A stretch of 32,000 bases of DNA from Longivirga aurantiaca (GTDB lineage: Bacteria; Actinomycetota; Actinomycetes; S36-B12; CAIYMF01). The notes under the pieces were generated by a model. It was not told where the DNA came from. It made no database searches and saw only the letters and a list, made by a program, of their open reading frames with translations. Positions 7,450 to 16,010 of the stretch are shown here, one piece after another. The position numbers and the translations under genes are program-made. Numbering within the stretch: position 1 is the first letter of the stretch; every line of letters starts with the position of its first letter. The stretch is taken from NCBI RefSeq assembly GCF_042660085.1, contig NZ_JBHSTI010000008.1, positions 600,001-632,000 of the forward strand. Reading direction: 5' to 3'.

Positions 7450-9803
7450 GCGGTGCGGGTGCTCCGGCCTCGGAGCGCAGGGCCCTCCTGCTGCGAGCGC
7501 TGGCGGCCGCGGCCGTCATCGCCGGCGCCGTGTTCTTCGCCCTCTCCAGCCCGGTGCGGCTCGGGCTCGACCTGCGCGGCGGCACCCAGATCGTGCTCGA
7601 GACGCGCGACACCGGCGAGGTGGTGGCCGACGCGGAGTCGACCGACCGCGTCGTCGAGGTGCTGCGCAAGCGGGTGGACGCGCTCGGCGTGTCCGAGCCG
7701 ACCCTCGCCCGCTCGGGCGAGCGACGGATCATCGTCGAGCTGCCCGGCGTCCTCGACCCCCGCGAGGCGGCCGAGACGATCGGCCGCACCGCCCAGCTCA
7801 CCATCCACCCGGTCGAGGGCGAGGCCGCGGGTGCGACGCCCGAGCCGGGCGGCTCGACCGTCCTGGCGGACGAGTCCGGCCAGCTTCTGCGGCTCGGGCC
7901 GCCCGCCCTCACCGGCGACCTCATCGCCGACGCCACGGCGGGCACCGACCCTTCGCGCGGTGCCAGCTGGTTCGTGACCCTCGGGTTCACCGGCGAGGGC
8001 GTCAGCAGCTGGCGGGACGTCACTGCTGCCGCCGCGTGCGCGGCGCCCGGTGAGTCATCGCGTCGGGTCGCGATCGTCCTCGACGACGCCATCATCTCCT
8101 CGCCGCAGGTCGACCCGTCGATCACGTGCGGTGTCGGGATCCCCGGCGGTGGCACGGAGATCACGGGCACGTTCACCGTGGCGGAGGCGCAGGAGCTCGC
8201 AGCCCTGGTCCGCGGAGGTTCGCTGCCCCTGGACGTCGAGGTGGTCGAGCAGCGGACGGTCGGCCCCACCCTCGGCGCCGCCGCGATCGAGGCCTCGGTG
8301 CAGGCAGCGCTGATCGGCCTCGCGTTCACCGCCCTCTTCATCAGCATCGTCTACCGGCTCGTCGGCATCGCCGCGAGCATCGCGCTTGCTGCCTACAGCC
8401 TCATCGCGTACTCGCTGCTCGTGGCGATCGGCGCGACGCTGACGCTGCCTGGCCTCGCCGGCTTCGTGCTCGCGATCGGGCTGGCGATCGATGCCAACGT
8501 GCTCGTCTTCGAACGAGCGCGGGAGGCGTACGCCGAGGGACGCGTACGCGGCGTGAGCGAGGAGGGAGCGCTGCGGCGCGCGCTCAAGGACGGCTTCGCC
8601 AAGGCCTGGAGCGCGATCATCGACTCGAACGTCACCACGCTCCTGGCGGCTGCGCTGCTGTTCTTCCTCGCCTCGGGTCCGGTGAAGGGGTTCGGCGTCA
8701 CCCTCGGCATCGGTGTGCTCGCCTCGATGGTGTCGGCGCTGGTCATCGCCCGCGTGCTCGCCGAATGGCTCGTCCGCCGTCGCTGGGTGGCGAGTCACCC
8801 CCGGGTCTCGGGCATCACCGGCAACGGCCGGCTGCGGGCCTGGCTCTCGGAGAAGGGCCCGGACCTCATGCGGCGCAGCCGGTTGTGGCTCGCGGTGTCC
8901 GGTGCCCTCGTCGTGGTCGCGCTCGCAGGCGTCGCGGTACGCGGGCTCAACCTGGGCGTGGAGTTCACCGGCGGCCGTCTCCTGGAGTACTCCACGAGCC
9001 GCGAGGTCGACGTCGACGAGGCGCGCGACCTTCTCGCCGCTCAGGGTCTGCCGCGCGCCGTCGTCGCGACGTCGCAGGAGCAGGGCGGGGTCGAGCGCAT
9101 CACCGTGCGCACCGACCCGATCGACAACGACCAGGCCCAGGCCGTTCAGGACGCCCTCGGCACGATCGGCGGCGACGTCGAGAAGGTGAGGGACGAGCTC
9201 GTCGGCCCGACCATCGGCGACGAGCTCCGGCTGAAGGCGCTCATCGCGCTCGGCATCGCGCTCCTGGCGCAGATGGCCTACCTCGCCTACCGGTTCCGCT
9301 GGGCTTTCGGCGGCGCGGCGGTCCTGGCCCTGCTGCACGACGTGATCCTCGTGATCGGTGTGTTCGCGTGGACGGGGAAGTCGGTCGACGGCGTGTTCGT
9401 CGCGGCGCTGCTCACGATCGTCGGGCTCTCGGTCAACGACACCGTCGTGGTGTTCGACCGCATCCGAGAACGGCTGCGGGAGAGCCCGGACCAGCCGCTG
9501 GCAAAGCTCGCGAACACGGCTGTGCTGCAGACGGTGCCGCGCACGATCAACACCGGTATCGGCGCGATGGCGATCCTCGCCGCGCTCGTGCTGCTCGGCG
9601 GGGACTCGCTGGCCGACTTCGCCCTCGCCCTGCTGCTCGGCCTGGTGATCGGAACCCTGTCGTCGGTCTTCACGGCCACCCCGCTGCTGCTCGCACTCTC
9701 CGGGAGGGCGCAGCGCAGGTCGGGCGGGGGATCGGGCTCCCCCTCGGCCTCGCGTCGTCCGCCGGTGATCGATCCCTACGCCGGGGTGCCGTCGGGCAGG
9801 TGA
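7446..9803 (+). CDS. secDF: Fused protein translocase subunit SecDF
   Basis: SecD half: LGLDLRGGTQIVLETRDT..., RVVEVLRKRVDALGVSEPT, GFVLAIGLAIDANVLVFERAREA; SecF half: GLNLGVEFTGGRLLEYS..., LLHDVILVIGVFAWTG, VGLSVNDTVVVFDRIRE. ATGA overlap with the upstream gene. Confidence 0.93.
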   Translation: MSGAGAPASERRALLLRALAAAAVIAGAVFFALSSPVRLGLDLRGGTQIVLETRDTGEVVADAESTDRVVEVLRKRVDALGVSEPTLARSGERRIIVELPGVLDPREAAETIGRTAQLTIHPVEGEAAGATPEPGGSTVLADESGQLLRLGPPALTGDLIADATAGTDPSRGASWFVTLGFTGEGVSSWRDVTAAAACAAPGESSRRVAIVLDDAIISSPQVDPSITCGVGIPGGGTEITGTFTVAEAQELAALVRGGSLPLDVEVVEQRTVGPTLGAAAIEASVQAALIGLAFTALFISIVYRLVGIAASIALAAYSLIAYSLLVAIGATLTLPGLAGFVLAIGLAIDANVLVFERAREAYAEGRVRGVSEEGALRRALKDGFAKAWSAIIDSNVTTLLAAALLFFLASGPVKGFGVTLGIGVLASMVSALVIARVLAEWLVRRRWVASHPRVSGITGNGRLRAWLSEKGPDLMRRSRLWLAVSGALVVVALAGVAVRGLNLGVEFTGGRLLEYSTSREVDVDEARDLLAAQGLPRAVVATSQEQGGVERITVRTDPIDNDQAQAVQDALGTIGGDVEKVRDELVGPTIGDELRLKALIALGIALLAQMAYLAYRFRWAFGGAAVLALLHDVILVIGVFAWTGKSVDGVFVAALLTIVGLSVNDTVVVFDRIRERLRESPDQPLAKLANTAVLQTVPRTINTGIGAMAILAALVLLGGDSLADFALALLLGLVIGTLSSVFTATPLLLALSGRAQRRSGGGSGSPSASRRPPVIDPYAGVPSGR

Positions 9804-9909
9804 CCTCGGCGCCCTGCCTGGAAGGACTCACGCACCCCTCGTGCCTACGGTGGTGTGGGGACCGGTTGACCCGCTCGTCAACGGGCGCTACGAGGGAGGG
9901 CAGGACGCC

Positions 9910-10722
9910 ATGCAGATCTCGGACAAGGTCTTCGTGGTCACTGGTGCCGGCAACGGCATCGGCCGTGAGGTGACGCTCGAGCTCATCAGGCGCGGTGCCA
10001 GCGTGGCAGCCGTCGACGTGAGCGAGATCGGCCTGGCGGAGACGGTCGCACTCGCACGGACACCGGCCAGCCGGCTGAGCACCCACACGCTGAGCGTGTC
10101 CGACCGTGCGGCCGTGGAGGCGCTCCCCGAGCAGGTCGTCGCCGTCCACGGACAGGTCGACGGCCTCCTCAGCATCGCCGGCATCATCCAGCGGTTCGTG
10201 CGCCTGGAGGAGCTCTCGATCGAGGAGATCGAGAAGGTCATGGCGGTCAACTTCTGGGGCACGCTCTACCTCGACAAGGCGTTCATCCCCTACCTGAAGA
10301 GGCGCCCCCAGGCGGCGCTGCTCAACGTCTCGAGCATGGGTGGGCTCGTCCCCGTGCCCGGTCAAGGCGCCTACGGCGCGAGCAAGGGTGCGGTGAAGCT
10401 GCTGACCGAGACCCTGTACGCCGAGCTGCAGGGCACCAGCGTCGCGGTCACGGTCGTGTACCCGGGAGGCGTCGCGACCAACATCACCGGCAACTCCGGG
10501 GTCGAGGTGCCGAACATGGACAAGGTGATGGCCAGCGGCACGCCCCCGAAGACCACGGCGGTGCACGACGCCGCCCGCCAGATCGTCGTGGCACTGGCCG
10601 CAGGGAAGCCGCGCCTGCTGATCGGCAGCGACGCCAAGACGCTCGACCGGCTCTCGCGGGTGAACCCCACCAAGGCGATCACGACCGTGGCGAAGCAGAT
10701 GCAGAAGCTCCTGGGGGTCTGA
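9910..10722 (+). CDS. SDR-family NAD(P)-dependent oxidoreductase
   Basis: [25 protein letters not shown] (TGxxxGxG), catalytic YxxxK in [11 protein letters not shown]. Start could also be 9841. Confidence 0.88.
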   Translation: MQISDKVFVVTGAGNGIGREVTLELIRRGASVAAVDVSEIGLAETVALARTPASRLSTHTLSVSDRAAVEALPEQVVAVHGQVDGLLSIAGIIQRFVRLEELSIEEIEKVMAVNFWGTLYLDKAFIPYLKRRPQAALLNVSSMGGLVPVPGQGAYGASKGAVKLLTETLYAELQGTSVAVTVVYPGGVATNITGNSGVEVPNMDKVMASGTPPKTTAVHDAARQIVVALAAGKPRLLIGSDAKTLDRLSRVNPTKAITTVAKQMQKLLGV

Positions 10723-10732
10723 GCCTCGGGCG

Positions 10733-10770
10733 CGTGCCGACGCGCGCCGCGGGGAGCGCGGATCGGCACG
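10733..10770. terminator. Candidate GC-rich hairpin after the SDR gene
   Basis: CGTGCCGA ... TCGGCACG, 8-bp arms with partially pairing interior. Confidence 0.35.
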
Positions 10771-10814
10771 AGGTTCCGCCGCCGGCGTGCGTGGAGTCGA
10801 GGCACCATGGGCGC

Positions 10815-11222
10815 ATGGCCGAACCCTTCGCTCGCGCGTACTTCCACGGCACGCGTGCCGACCTGTCCGCGGGAGACCTGATCGAGCCCGGCCGCGCGTC
10901 GAACTTCGGCTCTCGGCGTACGGCGAACCACGTGTACGCGACCGGCACGTTCGACGCGGCCGTCTGGGGTGCCGAGCTCGCGGCCGGCGACGGCCCCGGG
11001 CGCATCTACGTGGTCGAGGCGGTCGGGGAGCTCGAGGACGATCCCAACCTCACCGATCAGCGGTTCCCCGGCAACCCCACGCAGTCGTTCCGCTCGCGCG
11101 AACCGCTCCGGGTCCTCGGCGAGATCGTGGGCTGGGAGGGCCATCCGCCCGAGGTGCTGCAGACGATGCGCGACCACCTCGAGACGCTCGCCGCCGACGG
11201 CGTCGAGGCCATGGACGACTGA
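10815..11222 (+). CDS. arr: NAD(+)--rifampin ADP-ribosyltransferase
   Basis: 135 aa: [103 protein letters not shown], strong Arr signature. Confidence 0.93.
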   Translation: MAEPFARAYFHGTRADLSAGDLIEPGRASNFGSRRTANHVYATGTFDAAVWGAELAAGDGPGRIYVVEAVGELEDDPNLTDQRFPGNPTQSFRSREPLRVLGEIVGWEGHPPEVLQTMRDHLETLAADGVEAMDD

Positions 11223-11329
11223 TCGAAGCGCCGCGGAGCAGCAGCGCCGCGGCTCCTCCTCCGTCCCTTCGCCCATGTTCCTGCCCGGTGGGTCGACCTC
11301 GCGCGTGCCGAGGCTGCCAGGATCGGGGT

Positions 11330-12952
11330 ATGAGCGATCCGCGTGCCGGCCACCTGCCCACCTCCGCCGACCTGGTCGACGTCGCCCAGCTGGTGACGGC
11401 GTACTTCACGGTGCACCCCGACCCCGAGGACCCGGGCCAGCGGGTGTCGTTCGGCACGAGCGGGCACCGCGGGTCGTCGCTCACGGCCAGCTTCAACGAG
11501 GACCACATCCTCGCCACGACGCAGGCGATCTGCGAGTACCGCACGGCGCAGGGGAGCGACGGCCCGCTGTTCCTCGGTGCCGACACCCACGCCCTCTCCG
11601 AGCCCGCCACCGTCAGCGCCCTCGAGGTGCTGCTCGCCAACGGCGTGCATGTGCTCGTCGACTCGCGCGGCGGATACACGCCCACACCGTCGGTCTCGCG
11701 CGCGATCCTCGTGGCCAACGCCCGCGGGGCCAGGGCCGACGGCATCTGCGTGACGCCGTCGCACAACCCGCCGGCCGACGGCGGCTTCAAGTACAACCCG
11801 CCGGACGGCGGCCCCGCGGGCACCGACATCACCGGATGGGTCCAGGACCGGGCGAACGACCTGCTGCGGGCGGGCCTCGCTGGCGTGAAGCGCGTGTCGC
11901 TCGCGACCCACAAGCCGGGCTACTACGACTTCCTCGACGCGTACGTCGGCGAGCTCGGCGACGTGGTCGACCTTGAGGCGATCGCCCGCGCGGGCGTGCG
12001 CATCGGCGCGGATCCGCTCGGCGGCGCGAGCGTGGGCTACTGGGGCGCGATCGGTGAGCGCTACGGCCTCGACCTCACCGTCGTGAACCCGGACGTCGAC
12101 CAGACGTTCCGCTTCATGACGCTCGACTGGGACGGCAAGATCCGCATGGACTGCTCGTCGCCGTCGGCGATGGCCAGCCTCATCGCCAAGCAGCACGAGT
12201 TCGACATCGCGACGGGCAACGACACCGACTCCGACCGCCACGGCATCGTGACGCCGGACGGCGGGCTCATGAACCCCAACCACTTCCTGGCCGTCGCGAT
12301 CCACTACCTCTACGCGCACCGCGACGGGTGGTCGCCCGATGCGGCCGTCGGCAAGACGCTCGTGAGCTCGTCGATGATCGACCGCGTCGTCGCGGGCCTC
12401 GGCCGTCGTCTGCTCGAGGTGCCGGTGGGCTTCAAGTGGTTCGTGCCGGGCCTTCTCGACGGGTCGGTCGCGTTCGGCGGCGAGGAGAGCGCCGGCGCGA
12501 GCTTCCTGAAGCGCGACGGCTCGGTGTGGACCACCGACAAGGACGGCATCATCCTCGCCCTGCTCGCCTCGGAGATCCAGGCGGTCACGGGCTCGTCGCC
12601 GTCGCAGCTCTACCGCGGGCTCACCGAGCAGTACGGCGAGCCGGCGTACGCACGCATCGACTCGCCGGCCACCCGCGAGCAGAAGGCCATCCTCGGGAGG
12701 CTGTCGCCGCAGCAGGTCACCGCCACGACGCTGGCGGGGGAGCCGATCACCGCCACGCTCACGACGGCGCCGGGCAACGGCGCACCGCTCGGTGGCCTCA
12801 AGGTGCAGACCGAGAACGCGTGGTTCGCCGCCCGGCCGTCCGGCACCGAGGACGTCTACAAGCTCTACGCCGAGTCGTTCAAGGGCCCCGACCACCTCGC
12901 CGACGTCCAGGAGGAGGCGCGCGCGGTGATCGCCACGGCGCTCGCCGGCTGA
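11330..12952 (+). CDS. pgm: Phosphoglucomutase (alpha-D-glucose phosphate-specific)
   Basis: [79 protein letters not shown]. Confidence 0.95.
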   Translation: MSDPRAGHLPTSADLVDVAQLVTAYFTVHPDPEDPGQRVSFGTSGHRGSSLTASFNEDHILATTQAICEYRTAQGSDGPLFLGADTHALSEPATVSALEVLLANGVHVLVDSRGGYTPTPSVSRAILVANARGARADGICVTPSHNPPADGGFKYNPPDGGPAGTDITGWVQDRANDLLRAGLAGVKRVSLATHKPGYYDFLDAYVGELGDVVDLEAIARAGVRIGADPLGGASVGYWGAIGERYGLDLTVVNPDVDQTFRFMTLDWDGKIRMDCSSPSAMASLIAKQHEFDIATGNDTDSDRHGIVTPDGGLMNPNHFLAVAIHYLYAHRDGWSPDAAVGKTLVSSSMIDRVVAGLGRRLLEVPVGFKWFVPGLLDGSVAFGGEESAGASFLKRDGSVWTTDKDGIILALLASEIQAVTGSSPSQLYRGLTEQYGEPAYARIDSPATREQKAILGRLSPQQVTATTLAGEPITATLTTAPGNGAPLGGLKVQTENAWFAARPSGTEDVYKLYAESFKGPDHLADVQEEARAVIATALAG

Positions 12953-13014
12953 CGCGGCGTACGACACACGGGGTTGGGCGGGCGCCGGGGGAGCGGGCGC
13001 GCCAGGATGGGCGC

Positions 13015-13113
13015 ATGACCAACCCGATCCTGGCCTGGGGCCCCCTCGTCGTGTTCTTCGTCGCCGCCGCGGCGGGCTCCCTCCTCGGCTACCTGCAGTT
13101 CCTCGCCCTCTAG
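13015..13113 (+). CDS. Small hydrophobic peptide (32 aa)
   Basis: MTNPILAWGPLVVFFVAAAAGSLLGYLQFLAL*, possible single-TM microprotein; coding status uncertain. Confidence 0.35.
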   Translation: MTNPILAWGPLVVFFVAAAAGSLLGYLQFLAL

Positions 13114-13132
13114 CCGCCCCGCGGTCAACGGC

Positions 13133-13573
13133 GTGACCGGGCCCGACGACGACTGGCAGGCGCGGCGCCGCGAGGCGGCGGACGCGCAGGCCGAGCGTGC
13201 GGCGCGCAACCGCGCCGTCGAGGAGGCCAAGGCCCGTGAGCTCGTCGCCGGCTTCGTCGCGCAGGCGCGATGTCGCAGCCTCGCCACCCAGCCGTTGCGC
13301 GTGCGCGCGGGCGACTCGCGCGACACGTACGCGACCTCCCTGGTCGGCTGGTACCTGCGTCGAGACGGCTCGCTGGCCATCGCGGAGGACGGCGAGATGT
13401 ACGTGCTCACCGCGCCGAAGAGCCTGCGCGCCCGGCTCTCGGGCGTGACGCTGACGCCCGACGAGCCGCGGCTGCAGGCGGGGATCGGCGGCAGGGACGG
13501 CGAGTCGGTCGCGCTCGCCACCCTGCTCGAGCTCCGGCTCGCAGCCGGTGACGACTGGCCGATCACCCGCTGA
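13133..13573 (+). CDS. Conserved hypothetical protein
   Basis: 146 aa from GTG 13133; coherent sequence ending LRLAAGDDWPITR. No family recognised. Confidence 0.6.
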   Translation: MTGPDDDWQARRREAADAQAERAARNRAVEEAKARELVAGFVAQARCRSLATQPLRVRAGDSRDTYATSLVGWYLRRDGSLAIAEDGEMYVLTAPKSLRARLSGVTLTPDEPRLQAGIGGRDGESVALATLLELRLAAGDDWPITR

Positions 13574-13589
13574 CCGCGCGGGGCAGGGA

Positions 13590-13657
13590 ATCTGCCCCCG
13601 GTTCGGTCGTGAAGTCACGACCGAACGCCGCGGGAAGCGACGAATCCGGGGGCAGAT
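13590..13657. repeat. Nested double inverted repeat between convergent genes
   Basis: Outer arms ATCTGCCCCCGG (13590..13601) / CCGGGGGCAGAT (13646..13657); inner GTTCGGTCGTGA-AG-TCACGACCGAAC (13601..13626). Confidence 0.85.
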
Positions 13658-13667
13658 CTCCGGAGCG

Positions 13668-14156
13668 TCAGGCGGCCAGCAGGCCGTCGATCTGACCCAT
13701 GGCCTGGCGAAGTCCCTCCTCCATGCCCATCTCGACCATCTGCTCGAGGCTCTCGAGCGAGCTGAAGGTCGAGGTGAGCGTCATGACCACGCCGCCGCCG
13801 GCCCGGTCGACGATGTCGACCTGCATGGAGGTGACGCCCATGCCGTCGAGAGGCGTGCCGTCGTCGTCGGCGAAGCCGTCCTTCACCACGAGCAGGCGCG
13901 GTGCCTCCACCTGCACCACGTCCCAGTAGCCGCGCGGGGTGTCGCCCTCCGGCCCGGTCATGAAGTAGGTGACCCTCCCGCCCGGGCGCAGATCGTGCTC
14001 CTCCACGGTCGCGGGGTACGTCGGCGGCCCCCACCAGCGCTCGAGCTGGCGCGGGTCGGCCCAGAGCTGCCAGGCGCGCTCGGCGGTCACGTCGTACTCG
14101 CCGGTGACCGTCATGGTCAGCCGGTCGAGGTCCTTCTCGATGCTCGTCACGCTCAT
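13668..14156 (-). CDS. SRPBCC / AHSA1-type family protein
   Basis: YDVTAERAWQLWADPRQLERWWGPPTYPATVEEHDLRPGGRVTYFMTGPEG; ATGA overlap with the ArsR gene. Confidence 0.88.
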   Translation of the reverse strand: MSVTSIEKDLDRLTMTVTGEYDVTAERAWQLWADPRQLERWWGPPTYPATVEEHDLRPGGRVTYFMTGPEGDTPRGYWDVVQVEAPRLLVVKDGFADDDGTPLDGMGVTSMQVDIVDRAGGGVVMTLTSTFSSLESLEQMVEMGMEEGLRQAMGQIDGLLAA

Positions 14157-14500
14157 CGCGCCTCTCCTTGGTCGTCGGCCAGTACGTCGGACATGCGGTC
14201 GAACCGGTCCCGCCAGAGCTGCTCGTACGCGTCGAGGAGCGTGCGGGCACGGCGTACCGCCTCGGGCTCACCGGTCACGCGCTGCTCCCTGCCGTGCCTG
14301 CGTCGCGACACGAGCCCCGCCGCCTCGAGGACGGCCACGTGCTTCTGCACGGCGGTCACGCTCATGGGGTAGGCCCGGGCGAGGTTGGACACCGAGTGCT
14401 CGCCGACGAGCACGCGCCGCACGATGTCGCGGCGGGTGGAGTCGGCGAGGGCGTGGAAGAGCCGGTCGACCTCGGAGTCCAAGAGCTGATCTACAACCAT
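14153..14500 (-). CDS. ArsR-family helix-turn-helix regulator
   Basis: MVVDQLLDSEVDRLFHALADSTRRDIVRRVLVGEHSVSNLARAYPMSVTAVQKHVAVLEAAGLVSRRRHGREQ. Confidence 0.9.
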   Translation of the reverse strand: MVVDQLLDSEVDRLFHALADSTRRDIVRRVLVGEHSVSNLARAYPMSVTAVQKHVAVLEAAGLVSRRRHGREQRVTGEPEAVRRARTLLDAYEQLWRDRFDRMSDVLADDQGEAR

Positions 14501-14513
14501 AAGGTTGTAGATC
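14488..14513. promoter_or_regulatory. Probable ArsR autoregulatory operator over promoter/start
   Basis: GATCTACAACC-ATAA-GGTTGTAGATC, perfect 11-bp arms. Reverse-strand -35 TTGACG (14534..14539) and -10 CATGAT (14511..14516), 17-bp spacer. Confidence 0.75.
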
Positions 14514-14610
14514 ATGCAGCACCTCCCCGGGAGCGTCAAGGCTGCCGCCGAGGCCTCGCGCACGACGAAGCCCCGGCCGCGGGGGCCGGGGCTTGATCGC
14601 GCGGAGTGCG

Positions 14611-14769
14611 TCAGCGACCGAAGAGGCGGTCGACCAGGGACTTCTTCTGCTCGGGCGGGCAGGCGCAGCGCTGCGACTTCGGGACGCCGCGCATGACCTG
14701 GTCGACGTGCTGGCCGCATCCGGCCCACGTCGCCTTGCCGCAGCGTCGGCAGCTCACCTGTCGGCACAT
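14611..14769 (-). CDS. Cys-rich microprotein (52 aa), paralog 1
   Basis: MCRQVSCRRCGKATWAGCGQHVDQVMRGVPKSQRCACPPEQKKSLVDRLFGR; upstream GAAGGAGA RBS; paralog at 20292..20408 with identical Cys/His spacing. Confidence 0.8.
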   Translation of the reverse strand: MCRQVSCRRCGKATWAGCGQHVDQVMRGVPKSQRCACPPEQKKSLVDRLFGR

Positions 14770-14787
14770 GTCCTGGTCTCCTTCGTC

Positions 14788-14847
14788 GGGGTTCGCGGTA
14801 GCCATCACTATACCCCCGGGGGTATAGTGATGGCTACCACGAACCCC
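14788..14847. promoter_or_regulatory. 60-bp near-perfect palindrome with CstR/CsoR-type operator core and outward -10 elements
   Basis: GGGGTTCGCGGTAGCCATCACTATACCCCC|GGGGGTATAGTGATGGCTACCACGAACCCC, 29 of 30 pairs; TATAGT outward on both strands. Confidence 0.92.
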
Positions 14848-14858
14848 AGGAGGACGCC

Positions 14859-15158
14859 GTGACCGCAGGATCCGGGACACCGGCCGCCCAGCACGTCGTC
14901 GAGGACCAGAAGGCCGTGCTGGCCGTGGCCAACCGGCTCAAGCGCGCGCAGGGCCAGCTCGGCGGCGCGATCGCGATGCTCGAGGACGGCAGGTCCTGCC
15001 AGGACGTCGTCACGCTGCTCGCCGCCGTGAGCAAGGCTGTGGACCGGGCTGCGTTCCAGATGATCTCCACCAGCCTGCGCGAGTGCGTCGTGGCCGGCGA
15101 CCAGGACTCCGAGGTCGTGGCCGAGCAGCTGCAGAAGCTGTTCCTGTCCCTGGCCTGA
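14859..15158 (+). CDS. cstR: CsoR/FrmR/CstR-family sensor repressor, CstR-like (persulfide) by ligand pattern
   Basis: NRLKRAQGQLGGAIAMLEDGRSCQDVVTLLAAVSKAVDRAAFQMISTSLRECV; C47 and C76 at the conserved positions, Ser72 where Cu(I)-sensing CsoR has His; GTG start after AGGAGG. Confidence 0.85.
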   Translation: MTAGSGTPAAQHVVEDQKAVLAVANRLKRAQGQLGGAIAMLEDGRSCQDVVTLLAAVSKAVDRAAFQMISTSLRECVVAGDQDSEVVAEQLQKLFLSLA

Positions 15159-15187
15159 GATCGACCGCGCCGCAACCGATCTCAGGC
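15153..15187. terminator. Candidate bidirectional terminator hairpin between convergent genes
   Basis: GCCTGAGATCG (15153..15163) ... CGATCTCAGGC (15177..15187), perfect 11-bp arms spanning the cstR stop codon. Confidence 0.5.
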
Positions 15188-15198
15188 GGGACGCAGGT

Positions 15199-15813
15199 TC
15201 ACGTAGGACGTCGGGCGAGCACCACGGCGTCGAACGCGTGAGCGGGTGAGCCGGCGACCTCCACGGCTCTGGCTGCCTTGGCCGCCACCTCCACCGTCAG
15301 ACCGCTGCCCTCGAGGTCGGCGACGACGTCGTCCTCCGTGAAGAGCACGGCCGGGTCCTGCGGGCCGCCCACGCCCTCGGTCAGGTTGTCCGTGTGGTGG
15401 GCGACGACGAGCAGGGCGCCGCCGGGTGCCACCGCGGCCGCTGCGGACCGGTGCGCCCGGCGCCGGTCGTCCGCCGGGATCTGCAGGTAGCAGACGACGA
15501 CGAGGTCGAAGCCCTGGTCGCCGAGCGGATCGGCGACGACGTCGGCCTGGCGCACGTGCAGCCGCCCGAGGGGCTGCACGCGCTGGTCCCACAGGTGAGC
15601 CGCGCGCTGGAGGGCGACCGCCGAGAAGTCGGTGACGGTCGCCTCCCAGCCGCGGTCGGCGAGCCACAGCGCGTTGCGTCCTTCGCCGCCGGCGACGTCG
15701 AGCGCCCTGCCAGGGGGTAGGGCGGAGCAGTGCTGCTCGACGAACACGTTCGGACCGGTGGACCACACGCGGTCCACGGCGGCGTAGCGGGCGTCCCACT
15801 CTGCGGCTCGCAC
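15199..15813 (-). CDS. Small class I SAM-dependent methyltransferase (thiopurine/tellurite-type fold)
   Basis: MRAAEWDARYAAVDRVWSTGPNVFVEQHCSALPPGRALDVAGGEGRNALWLADRGWEATVTDFS.... Confidence 0.85.
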   Translation of the reverse strand: MRAAEWDARYAAVDRVWSTGPNVFVEQHCSALPPGRALDVAGGEGRNALWLADRGWEATVTDFSAVALQRAAHLWDQRVQPLGRLHVRQADVVADPLGDQGFDLVVVCYLQIPADDRRRAHRSAAAAVAPGGALLVVAHHTDNLTEGVGGPQDPAVLFTEDDVVADLEGSGLTVEVAAKAARAVEVAGSPAHAFDAVVLARRPT

Positions 15814-15823
15814 GTCCGACCCC

Positions 15824-16003
15824 TCAGTGGTGCGACGTGCGGATCATCTTGAGCATGCGCAGGGACACCGCGGCGAAGCGGAATCCCTGCACCGGCAGAG
15901 ATGTGCGCTGGCGCAGCGTCTTGTCGGTGGGGGCCGGCGCCAACGTGACGGCCAGCGGCACCTCCGCCGGGGAGACGGGCTCGGTGCTCGGGTTCTCGGT
16001 CAT
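15824..16003 (-). CDS. Microprotein of unknown function (59 aa) in the sqr operon
   Basis: MTENPSTEPVSPAEVPLAVTLAPAPTDKTLRQRTSLPVQGFRFAAVSLRMLKMIRTSHH*; tightly packed between sqr stop (16011) and methyltransferase start (15813). Confidence 0.65.
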   Translation of the reverse strand: MTENPSTEPVSPAEVPLAVTLAPAPTDKTLRQRTSLPVQGFRFAAVSLRMLKMIRTSHH

Positions 16004-16010
16004 CGTCAGC

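Noticed and set aside
11057-13618. 853-aa minus-strand ORF
   Set aside because: Runs antisense over arr, pgm and the hypothetical gene, which have strong motifs; low-complexity Arg/Ala/Gly-rich translation.
14830-14859. ATG at 14830 (MATTNPRRTP) as a leader peptide of cstR
   Set aside because: It is created by the palindrome symmetry and lies where the predicted transcript would start, so it is probably not translated.
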